Shown piece after piece: positions 1 to 7,139 of a stretch of DNA of 12,427 bases (position 1 is the first letter of the stretch; every line of letters starts with the position of its first letter). The notes under the pieces are model-generated. The model saw only the letters and a list, made by a program, of their open reading frames with translations. It searched no databases and had not been told where the DNA came from. Origin of the DNA: Candidatus Eiseniibacteriota bacterium (GTDB taxonomy: Bacteria > Eisenbacteria > RBG-16-71-46). Both the position numbers and the translations under genes were made by a program. The stretch is from NCBI GenBank assembly GCA_044222065.1, contig JBGAOA010000092.1:1-12427 (forward strand). The letters are read 5' to 3'.

Positions 1-126
1 CGCCACAATCGCATGGCTTAGTATCACCGGCACCGATGGGGGGCGAGGGCTGTGGGTGGTTAGGCCGTCGCTGGTTCTGGCTCGGTCAGGCGCGATGGTG
101 TGCCCTCGCGGTCGATTGAGCGGCCT

Positions 127-447
127 GCGATCGCGTGCTCGCCGCTCGTCAAGACCGCGATCCACGGACACGATCCCAACTGGGGCCGCATCCTCGCCGC
201 CGCGGGTTACAGCGGCGAGCCGGTCGAGCCCGAACGGGTGCGGCTGTGGTTCGGCGAAGGCGACGCCCTTCAGCTGCTCGAGCGCGGCCTGCCGATGCCG
301 TTCGACCCCGCGCGTGCTTCGGCGCTGCTGCGCGAAGACCCCGCGATCGTGCGGCTCGACCTGGGCCTCGGCGAGGCGTCGGCGGTCGTGTGGACCTGCG
401 ACCTGAGCGCAGACTACGTGCGCATCAACGCCGACTACACGACGTAG
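127..447 (+). CDS. argJ: ArgJ (ornithine acetyltransferase/N-acetylglutamate synthase), C-terminal fragment only
   Basis: Frame 1 reads AIACSPLVKTAIHGHDPNWGRILAAAG...WTCDLSADYVRINADYTT*, matching the ArgJ beta-chain motifs SPLVKTA, DPNWGR and CDL..YV.INA.Y. Similarity is not recognisable upstream of about nt 127, and in-frame TAG stops lie at 19-21 and 61-63. Confidence 0.92.
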   Translation, partial: AIACSPLVKTAIHGHDPNWGRILAAAGYSGEPVEPERVRLWFGEGDALQLLERGLPMPFDPARASALLREDPAIVRLDLGLGEASAVVWTCDLSADYVRINADYTT

Positions 448-620
448 GGGGCGGCGCGCGGCCCCGCGTGAATTGCCGCGTTTGGCGCGTTGGGCGTGCT
501 TCGAACCGGGCGGAAGCCTTTTCGGATCGAGGTAGCCACGCGGCCTGCTCGGCGACAGCACCCCAGCGCATAGGCCGTCGCGGCGCGGAAACCGCGCTCT
601 CCCTCTGCCCGCAACGGGCC

Positions 621-626
621 TACAAT
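621..626 (+). promoter_or_regulatory. Candidate sigma70 -10 element for the S8 peptidase operon
   Basis: TACAAT in a GC-rich intergenic region about 60 nt upstream of GGAGG (675-679) and ATG 685. No clear -35. Confidence 0.4.
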
Positions 627-713
627 CTCCGCAGCCACCCACCAGGGACTCGGTCCAGAAGCGCCTCAGCGACTGGAGGCCCCAATGACAGCAAGTCTTC
701 GGATGTCTCGGAA

Positions 714-732
714 TCTGTCTGTCTGTCTGTCT
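714..732 (+). repeat. Tetranucleotide simple sequence repeat (TCTG)4-TCT
   Basis: Read directly: tctgtctgtctgtctgtct, lying in the putative signal-peptide region of the S8 gene. Confidence 0.9.
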
Positions 733-772
733 AGGACTCGCGGCGCAGGATCTCGCTGCTGACGCCGCCGCG

Positions 773-3208
773 ATGAGTCCCGCGTCGTCCGCTCGGTTCG
801 AGCGCGATCGCATCATCGTGCGCTTCGATCCCGACGAGATCGCGTTCCCGGGCGAAGCTCAGTCCGGCGAACTCGCTGAGTGCGTGATTCGACGCCCGGC
901 GATTCGTCAGGCGCTCGCGAGTGTCGGCGCGCGGCGCGTCTCGCGCCTGCTCAAGTGGCGCCGACCGCACGAGACGACCGGCTTCAATCGCATCGGCGAG
1001 CGCATTCGCCTCGAGGATCTGAGCGGGCTCATGGTCGTCGAGCTGCCGCCGGGCGCTGACGTCGAGGTCGCCGCGCGACGCCTCGCGCTCGAAGGCGGCG
1101 TTCGCTACGCACACCCGAACGCGATCCCCGAACCGCAGGGCGTGCCGAACGACTCGCTCTTCGGCCTGCAGTGGTACCTGCACAGCATCGGGCAGTCGGT
1201 GTGCGGCTACACCGTCGCACCGAACGCCGACATCAATGCGCCCGAGGCCTGGGACGTGTGGACGGGTGCGGGGCATCCGATTCGTGTCGGGATCGTCGAG
1301 AGGAGTATTCAAGGGGATCATCCGGACCTCGCTCCGCGAGTGGTTGCAGCCCCATTCGGATCAGCGCTGTGCGAAGGCTGCGAGAACCTGGATCCTCTGG
1401 TCGCAGTCGAGCCCCACGGCACGGCCGTCGCCGGGCTTGTGGCAGCCAGCGGGGGAAACCTCCTGGGTGGCTCAGGTGTCAACTGGGGAGCCACGCTCGT
1501 GGCCATGAGTTACGTCGGAGAGGTGGAGGTCGCCGCCCAACTCGACTGGGCTCGAGCGCACGACGTGCAGGTAGTGAACTTGAGCCTCGGATCCTACAGC
1601 TCGATCTACCCCTTCGAGGCTCTGCGCGAAGTCCTGCTCGATGCGCTCAGGTCCGGGGTGTTGGTGGTCGCCGCCATGGGCAACTCCAATGTGGAGAGCT
1701 TTTGGCCAGCGGCATACGCGACTCGTACTTATGCAGTCGGCGCGCTCGGGACCGAGGGCTTCCGCTGGCGTGACTCCGACTACGCTGGGTCGGGCCAAGC
1801 ACAGGAGTCCAATATCGGTACGTACATCGACGTCTCGGCCCCCGCCGGCATCGCGGTCGTCACGACGAAGCCCGGCAGCGACTACTTCCGCCTGCTCGAC
1901 TGCATCTACCCCTCCGTCGACTACTTCTGCTGCACCTCCGCGGCGACGCCTGTCGTCTCTGGCGTGGCTTCGTTGGTGTTGAGCTATCGCCCGAAGCTCC
2001 TCGGTGAAGACCTCCAGCACATCCTCAACTCCAGCGCGCTCGACATCGCGGGCACCAGCCCTACGGGCGAGTTTCACCCGGTCGGCTGGGACTCGCTCAC
2101 GGGGCACGGGATGGTCAGAGCCCGCGAGGCGCTGGACAAGCTCACCGGCAAGGCCGTTTTCCAGTCGCAGGCCACGGGGCTTTCGGCCGACGCCCCCTCG
2201 TCGGTGTCGGTCACGATCTACAACTCGCCCGACGCAGTCGTGAATGGAACCCACAGTGCGCGCCGGTACCGCCTCTCGAAGAGCGTGTCCTTCAACGGCA
2301 CGTTCACCGCGCTTCCTGAAGCGTGGACCCGTGGCTCCGGCACCGCCGGCACCAGCAGCTCGCTTTCGCACGACTACAACGAGGAGATTCCAGAAGCGGC
2401 CATCGTCGCCGGGAGCCTGACGACGAACGGCTGCACGGTCGAGTCCTATGTGTTCGAGGTGCTGAACGGCAGCGGACAGACGCTCGGCTGGTATCCCTGC
2501 ACGATTCAGGACGCGACGATCGGCGTGACGGCGCTCGGCCCGGGCACGGACGTCACCGCACCCTCACAGACGACGGATCTCGCGATTGACTACGTCTCGA
2601 GCACCGAGATCCACCTGCGCTGGACCGCGTCGGGCGATGACGGCATGAGCGGTCGGGCCTTTGCCTACGACCTTCGGCGTGCGAACACCGCGATCAACTC
2701 GGAAGCGAAGTTCTCGGCTGCGACCCCGGTGATCACCCCTGCGCCGCTCATCGGCGGGAGCGCACAAACGCTCGTGGTATCGAACCTCGCGCCCTGCACG
2801 TGGAACTACTTCGCGCTCAAGACCGTGGATCAGGTCGGCTGGGTGTCGGCGCGAAGCACCACGTCCCCGGGCGCGAAGACCCTGTGCGCCCCCGGATCCC
2901 GTGCGGAGCAACAGACGGAGGAACCCGGCGCCGGGGTCGGCGCATCATCCTCTCGGGCGATCGTGTTTCTACTGCCCGACGACCTCTCCTCCGGCCTCGC
3001 GCAGTTGCAGCTCTTTGACGTGGCGGGACGGCGGATCGCTCGGGCGGAGGTTCTCGTCACTACCGGTTTGAATCGGATCCCGCTCTCAACGGCGCTCGAA
3101 GGCGCGCATCCGCCTCGTTCTGGCGTCTATCTCGCACGACTCGAAGTCGCCGGGCGCAGTTGGGTCCGGCGGATGGCATTCGTTCCGGACGCGGAGGTGA
3201 AACCATGA
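773..3208 (+). CDS. S8 subtilisin-like serine peptidase with prodomain, FN3 domain and FlgD/T9SS type A-like C-terminal domain; true start probably ATG 685 across a frameshift
   Basis: Prodomain end VRYAHPN; PNDSLFGLQWYL; DINAPEAWD; RVGIVERSI..DHPDL (acid residue is E, 1298-1300); HGTAVAG (H 1415-1417); AAMGN (oxyanion N 1682-1684); CTSAATPVVSG (S 1937-1939). FN3 DVTAPSQTTDL..LRWTASGDDG..YFALKTVD at about 2549-2865. C-terminal LQLFDVAGRRI..SGVYLARL. Confidence 0.92.
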   Translation: MSPASSARFERDRIIVRFDPDEIAFPGEAQSGELAECVIRRPAIRQALASVGARRVSRLLKWRRPHETTGFNRIGERIRLEDLSGLMVVELPPGADVEVAARRLALEGGVRYAHPNAIPEPQGVPNDSLFGLQWYLHSIGQSVCGYTVAPNADINAPEAWDVWTGAGHPIRVGIVERSIQGDHPDLAPRVVAAPFGSALCEGCENLDPLVAVEPHGTAVAGLVAASGGNLLGGSGVNWGATLVAMSYVGEVEVAAQLDWARAHDVQVVNLSLGSYSSIYPFEALREVLLDALRSGVLVVAAMGNSNVESFWPAAYATRTYAVGALGTEGFRWRDSDYAGSGQAQESNIGTYIDVSAPAGIAVVTTKPGSDYFRLLDCIYPSVDYFCCTSAATPVVSGVASLVLSYRPKLLGEDLQHILNSSALDIAGTSPTGEFHPVGWDSLTGHGMVRAREALDKLTGKAVFQSQATGLSADAPSSVSVTIYNSPDAVVNGTHSARRYRLSKSVSFNGTFTALPEAWTRGSGTAGTSSSLSHDYNEEIPEAAIVAGSLTTNGCTVESYVFEVLNGSGQTLGWYPCTIQDATIGVTALGPGTDVTAPSQTTDLAIDYVSSTEIHLRWTASGDDGMSGRAFAYDLRRANTAINSEAKFSAATPVITPAPLIGGSAQTLVVSNLAPCTWNYFALKTVDQVGWVSARSTTSPGAKTLCAPGSRAEQQTEEPGAGVGASSSRAIVFLLPDDLSSGLAQLQLFDVAGRRIARAEVLVTTGLNRIPLSTALEGAHPPRSGVYLARLEVAGRSWVRRMAFVPDAEVKP

Positions 3209-3987
3209 ACCGAACACTCCATCCACTCGCGCTGATCCGAGGCGCGGTGCTCCTGCTCTTCAGCATGCTCGTGTCGCTTGGGCCCCTCTCGAACTCCGCG
3301 CTCGCCCAGGCCCCCGCCATCAATCTCGCGTGGAACGACTGCGTGGACGCGCCGACGGCGACGCTCGACAAGACGTTCGCATGCGACGCCAATGTCGGCT
3401 TCGACGTGATGGTCGTCAGCTTCATCGCACCCTCGGGAATCGACCAGTTCGTTGCGCTTGAGTTCTACGGCGAGAATCAGTCGGGAGCACCTGGCGTCAT
3501 TCCGGCCTGGTGGCAACTGAAGGGCGCTGGAAAGTGCCGCAACAATGCGCTTACGGCCTCCGGTGACTTCACGTCGTACTCCGCCTGCGACGCGAGCACG
3601 TGGCAAGGAGCATCGACCGGGGGGATGGGGAACATCCACGACAACGACCCCGTTCCGGGGCATCAGACGTGGGCAGGCGCTCTGTCCATTCTGGGCGCCG
3701 CCAACACTCTCGCCGAGGGCGTCCACTACTACGGCGCTCTATTGCGGCTGAGTCACGCCAAGACCGTGGGCTCAGGGAGATGCGATGGCTGTGTGACGCA
3801 GATGTGCATTCGACTCGATCGCATTCGAATCCTCCGACCGTCCGGGACTCCGGCAGGCGATGTCGAGATCCGCGCGGTCGGAACCCGCGCCCACGTCACC
3901 TGGCAGAGCGCGAGCGACGCGACGTGCGTGGGCGCGACGCACGCACGCAACAACACGTGGGGCGCGATCAAGGCGTTGTACCGGTGA
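3205..3987 (+). CDS. Secreted Cys-rich hypothetical protein (260 aa) with C-terminal TWGAIKALYR motif
   Basis: GGAGGT RBS at 3193-3198. ATG 3205 overlaps the peptidase TGA (ATGA). Signal peptide MNRTLHPLALIRGAVLLLFSMLVSLG..SALA. Eight Cys. Ends ARNNTWGAIKALYR*. Confidence 0.85.
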   Translation: MNRTLHPLALIRGAVLLLFSMLVSLGPLSNSALAQAPAINLAWNDCVDAPTATLDKTFACDANVGFDVMVVSFIAPSGIDQFVALEFYGENQSGAPGVIPAWWQLKGAGKCRNNALTASGDFTSYSACDASTWQGASTGGMGNIHDNDPVPGHQTWAGALSILGAANTLAEGVHYYGALLRLSHAKTVGSGRCDGCVTQMCIRLDRIRILRPSGTPAGDVEIRAVGTRAHVTWQSASDATCVGATHARNNTWGAIKALYR

Positions 3988-4007
3988 GCGGGCTACGCGA
4001 ATGTGAG

Positions 4008-4034
4008 CGCGGCGCGCGCGATCAGCGCGCCGCG
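4008..4034. terminator. Perfect 10-bp GC hairpin between convergent genes; possible bidirectional terminator or mRNA-stabilising stem
   Basis: cgcggcgcgc (4008-4017) pairs with gcgcgccgcg (4025-4034) with a 7-nt loop. There is no U-tract. Confidence 0.35.
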
Positions 4035-4384
4035 TCCACCGCCCTCGCCACGTGTCCGCGCTGCTTCGCCGACTCCCCAGTGAACAGCAACAGCGCATCC
4101 ATCGCGCGGTCGTGCTCGACCGGATTCGCGACGCGCTCGACGTAGAGCTTCGCCACGAGGTCGCGCCACCGCAACAACTCGCCCCTGAACGCCGAGCGAT
4201 GCGGCGCATCCACGGTGAGATCCGTCAGCTGAAGGACGCGGGCGTAGGAGTTGAGTCGCCGCGAGTCGTCCTCGGGCCGCATCAGCTTCGCCGCGCGGTT
4301 CATCTCGTTCGCGATCATCAGAATTTGCTGCGCGGCGGTGAACGACTGCCAGCGTTCGGGGCTGAGGGACGAGTGCTGGCTCAT
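4022..4384 (-). CDS. Hypothetical alpha-helical protein (120 aa), partner of the DUF5674-like gene
   Basis: MSQHSSLSPERWQSFTAAQQILMIANEMNRA...RVLQLTDLT...ELLRWRDLV. Its ATG (4384-4382) overlaps the upstream TGA (ATGA), a GAGG lies upstream, and the sequence has amphipathic helical patterning. Confidence 0.8.
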   Translation of the reverse strand: MSQHSSLSPERWQSFTAAQQILMIANEMNRAAKLMRPEDDSRRLNSYARVLQLTDLTVDAPHRSAFRGELLRWRDLVAKLYVERVANPVEHDRAMDALLLFTGESAKQRGHVARAVDAAR

Positions 4385-4749
4385 GCGAGCGCCTCGCCCT
4401 CGCCGAGGAGTGCGAACACGATCTCGCGCACGCGTCGGCGCACGTCCTCGCCCTCGATCTCCATCCCGGAGTTTCCGCGCGCGGGCCGGATGTTGATGAA
4501 CGATGTGTACTCGAGGCACTCCTCGCGGCCGCGGCCCGGGAAGTAGTTGCCACCCCAGAGATGCTCGGACCTGGAGCCCGAGTCGAGGAGCACGCGCTCC
4601 GCGTCGGCGTGCAGTTCTCCGCCGACGGCGATCACCCCCCGTTCCACGTCCGCGACGAACTTGACCATGTCACCGAACGGCGCGGCGACGAGCCTCCGAA
4701 GCTCGTCGGCAACGACGCGGCGATCGAGAATCAGGATGTCTTCGGACAT
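4381..4749 (-). CDS. DUF5674-family-like protein (122 aa)
   Basis: FGDMVKFVADVERGVIAVGGELHADAERVLLDSGS..LWGGNYFP...EYTSFINIRP..GNSGMEI matches my recollection of the DUF5674 signature. Confidence 0.8.
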   Translation of the reverse strand: MSEDILILDRRVVADELRRLVAAPFGDMVKFVADVERGVIAVGGELHADAERVLLDSGSRSEHLWGGNYFPGRGREECLEYTSFINIRPARGNSGMEIEGEDVRRRVREIVFALLGEGEALA

Positions 4750-4780
4750 GAGGTGCCCCGGTGGCCGTCGAGAGCGGCGG

Positions 4781-4789
4781 ACGATAGCA
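4781..4789 (-). promoter_or_regulatory. Candidate extended -10 (TGcTATCGT) for the DUF5674 operon
   Basis: The reverse complement of 4781-4790 is gtgctatcgt, about 30 nt upstream of ATG 4749. Confidence 0.45.
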
Positions 4790-4843
4790 CGAGGCGCTCG
4801 TCCGGCCGCGAAGGCCCCGCCTCGCCGCCCGCGGCCTTTCCGC

Positions 4844-4849
4844 TATACT
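4844..4849 (+). promoter_or_regulatory. Candidate -10 (TATACT) for metG
   Basis: TATACT about 21 nt before the GGAG RBS (4871-4874), in the divergent intergenic region. Confidence 0.5.
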
Positions 4850-4882
4850 CCCCGCCGCCTTTGCCCGCACGGAGTGTCCCGC

Positions 4883-6607
4883 TTGCCTACACGCTTCTAC
4901 ATCACCACCGCGATCGACTACGTCAACGGCCGCCCGCACCTCGGCCACGCCTACGAGAAGGTGCTCGCCGACTGCCTCGCGCGCTTCCATCGCCAGCAGG
5001 GGCACGCCACCTTCTTCTTGACCGGCACCGACGAGCACGGCCAGAAGGTCGCGCGCACCGCGGCCGAAGCCGGGCTCGAGCCGCGCGCGTTCGTGGACCG
5101 CATCGTCGTCCACTTCAAGGACGCGTGGAAGGCGCTGAACGTCTCGTACGACAAGTTCATCCGCACCACCGACGGCGCGCACGAACTCGCGGTGCAGGAG
5201 CTGTTCTCGCGCTGGAAGGACGCGCGCAGCCCCAAGACGGGCGAGCCCGTGCTGTTCGAAGAGGAGTACGAAGGGCTCTACTGCGAGGGCTGCGAGGCGT
5301 TCAAGCAGGAGAAGGACCTCGTGGACGGCAAGTGCCCCGAGCACAAGGTGCCGCCGAAGAAGATCCGCGAGTCGAACTTCTTCTTCCGCCTCTCCGAGTA
5401 CGACGACGCGCTCCTCAAGCACATCGAGGCGCACCCGGACTTCATCCAGCCCGACTACCGCCGCAACGAAGTGCTCAACGTGATCAAAGAGGGCCTGCAG
5501 GACGTGAGCGTCACGCGCCCGAACATCACGTGGGGCATCCCGCTGCCCGAGGACATCGAGGGCGCCGAGGGCCACGTCGCCTACGTGTGGGCCGACGCGC
5601 TGCTCAACTACCTCTCGGCGATCGGCTGGCCCGAGCGCAAGTACTCGCTGTGGTGGCTCGCGAAGGAAGGCCAGGTCGGCGGACCCGGCGCCGCGCGGCA
5701 GGACGAGTTCCAGCATCTCGACGGACAGGGACGGCCGGGCGCCGCGTGGGCCGGCACGGCGCAGCCGCACTACACGAACGCGTTCCACCTGATCGGCAAG
5801 GACATCAGCCGCTTCCACTGCATCCTGTGGCCCGCGATGCTGCTCGCCGCCGGCGTCCCGCTGCCGCGGCAGGTGTACGTGCACGGGTTCATCTACGCGA
5901 AGGGCGAGCGGCTGTCGAAGTCGCTCGGAAACGTCGTCGAGCCCGCGGGGCTCGCGGCCGCCTACGGCGCCGACGCGCTGCGCTACTTCCTGCTGCGCTC
6001 GTTCGAGACCGGGCGCGACGGCGAGTTCACGCTCGAGCAGTTCGTGGACTACGTGAATACGGCGCTCGCGAACGAGTTCGGAAACCTCGCGAGCCGCACG
6101 CTCTCGATGGTGCACAAGTACTTCGGCGGCGAGCGCCCGGCCGACTGGGCGCCGGAAGCGCTGCAGGACGCCGACGCAAAGGCTTCGCTCGCGGCGCTGA
6201 TCGCCGCCGCGAACACGGCGCACGTCGAGGTCGCGAAGGCGTTCCACGATGCGCGCATCCAGGACGCGCTCGATGCGGCGTGGGCGCCGGTCGTGCGCGC
6301 GAACGAGTTCGTCGACCGCGTGAAGCCGTGGGCGCTCGCGAAGGACGCGGCACGCCGCGGCGAACTCGCGACCGCGATGAACGCGCTGCTCGAGACGCTG
6401 CGCCTCGTCGCGATCTGGGCGTGGCCCGCGATCCCGTCGAAGAGCGAAGAACTGTGGGCGCAGCTCCACCTCGCCGGCACGCCGGGCGAAGTGCGCGGCG
6501 ACGACGCGGCCCCCGCGTACGGGAAGGCGCCGGCCGGCGTGACGAGTGTCGGCGAGGTGAAGATCCTGTTCCCGCGCATCGAGCTCAAGGCCGACGCCTC
6601 GGCGTGA
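4883..6607 (+). CDS. metG: Methionyl-tRNA synthetase, short single-knuckle type without the C-terminal Trbp111-like domain (about 574 aa)
   Basis: TTG start after GGAG; FYITTAIDYVNGRPHLGHAY (HIGH); LTGTDEHGQK; FIRTTD; YCEGCE..CPEH zinc knuckle; YVWADAL; IGKDISRFH..WPAML; RLSKS (KMSKS); DALRYFL; LANEFGNL; ends LFPRIE. Confidence 0.97.
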   Translation: MPTRFYITTAIDYVNGRPHLGHAYEKVLADCLARFHRQQGHATFFLTGTDEHGQKVARTAAEAGLEPRAFVDRIVVHFKDAWKALNVSYDKFIRTTDGAHELAVQELFSRWKDARSPKTGEPVLFEEEYEGLYCEGCEAFKQEKDLVDGKCPEHKVPPKKIRESNFFFRLSEYDDALLKHIEAHPDFIQPDYRRNEVLNVIKEGLQDVSVTRPNITWGIPLPEDIEGAEGHVAYVWADALLNYLSAIGWPERKYSLWWLAKEGQVGGPGAARQDEFQHLDGQGRPGAAWAGTAQPHYTNAFHLIGKDISRFHCILWPAMLLAAGVPLPRQVYVHGFIYAKGERLSKSLGNVVEPAGLAAAYGADALRYFLLRSFETGRDGEFTLEQFVDYVNTALANEFGNLASRTLSMVHKYFGGERPADWAPEALQDADAKASLAALIAAANTAHVEVAKAFHDARIQDALDAAWAPVVRANEFVDRVKPWALAKDAARRGELATAMNALLETLRLVAIWAWPAIPSKSEELWAQLHLAGTPGEVRGDDAAPAYGKAPAGVTSVGEVKILFPRIELKADASA

Positions 6608-6647
6608 GCGCCGCGCACCGGCGCGCGGCGACGCGCGCCCCGGAACG

Positions 6648-7043
6648 ATGAAGCCGCTCGTCTTCGTCTGGTCGCTCCCGACGACGCTCTTCGGCCTCGC
6701 CTTCGCCGCACTCGGGACGCCGTTCGGTGCGCGACTGCGCCGCGCCGCGCACGGCTACGAGTCGCTCGCGCATCCGCTCGTGTTCGCGCGCTGCGCGGTG
6801 ACGCTCGGCGCGGTCGTGTGCTACGGCCGCGGCGCGCACCCGGAGACGCGGCTTCCGAACGGCGTGGCGCTCGCCGAGCACGAGCGCCAGCACGTGATCC
6901 AGGCTCGGCGGCTCGGGCCGCTCTACCTGCCGCTCCACGTCGCCTTCGGCGTGTGGGCGTGGCTGCGCGACGGCCGCTGGCACGGGCCCGCGAACGCGCT
7001 CGAGCGCGGGCCGCTCGCGAATCCGCCGCGCCCGTGGGCGTGA
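6648..7043 (+). CDS. Small hypothetical membrane-associated or secreted protein with HExxH motif (zincin-like)
   Basis: Hydrophobic N-terminus; AVTLGAVV; LAEHERQHVIQ (6879-6893); LGPLYLPLH; downstream NALE as a possible third metal ligand. Confidence 0.75.
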   Translation: MKPLVFVWSLPTTLFGLAFAALGTPFGARLRRAAHGYESLAHPLVFARCAVTLGAVVCYGRGAHPETRLPNGVALAEHERQHVIQARRLGPLYLPLHVAFGVWAWLRDGRWHGPANALERGPLANPPRPWA

Positions 7044-7104
7044 GGCCTTCGATGCGCGCCGACCGCGCCCCGCGGCGCGCACGCTGCATCCGCCGATCGC
7101 GGTC

Positions 7105-7133
7105 TTGACCGCGATTCACGCGCCCCGCACGAT
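7105..7133 (+). promoter_or_regulatory. sigma70-type promoter TTGACC-N17-CACGAT; predicted +1 at the tatD ATG
   Basis: TTGACC 7105-7110, 17-nt spacer, CACGAT 7128-7133, then 6 nt to ATG 7140. No SD sequence. Confidence 0.55.
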
Positions 7134-7139
7134 GCCGCG

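Noticed and set aside
61..581. 11-bp direct repeat TAGGCCGTCGC at 61-71 and 571-581 flanking the argJ fragment
   Set aside because: Matches of this length are expected by chance in 12 kb of GC-rich DNA, and no mobile element supports it.
4547..4882. N-terminal extension of MetRS in the ORF track
   Set aside because: It overlaps the DUF5674-like gene on the other strand; the RBS and TTG at 4883 match the usual MetRS start.
4750..4882. T-box or SAM riboswitch upstream of metG
   Set aside because: The predicted leader is only about 27 nt and no T-box or S-box consensus is visible; the nearby GC stem lies upstream of the -10.
6609..6630. 8-bp GC hairpin after metG
   Set aside because: No U-tract, and such stems are common at this GC content.
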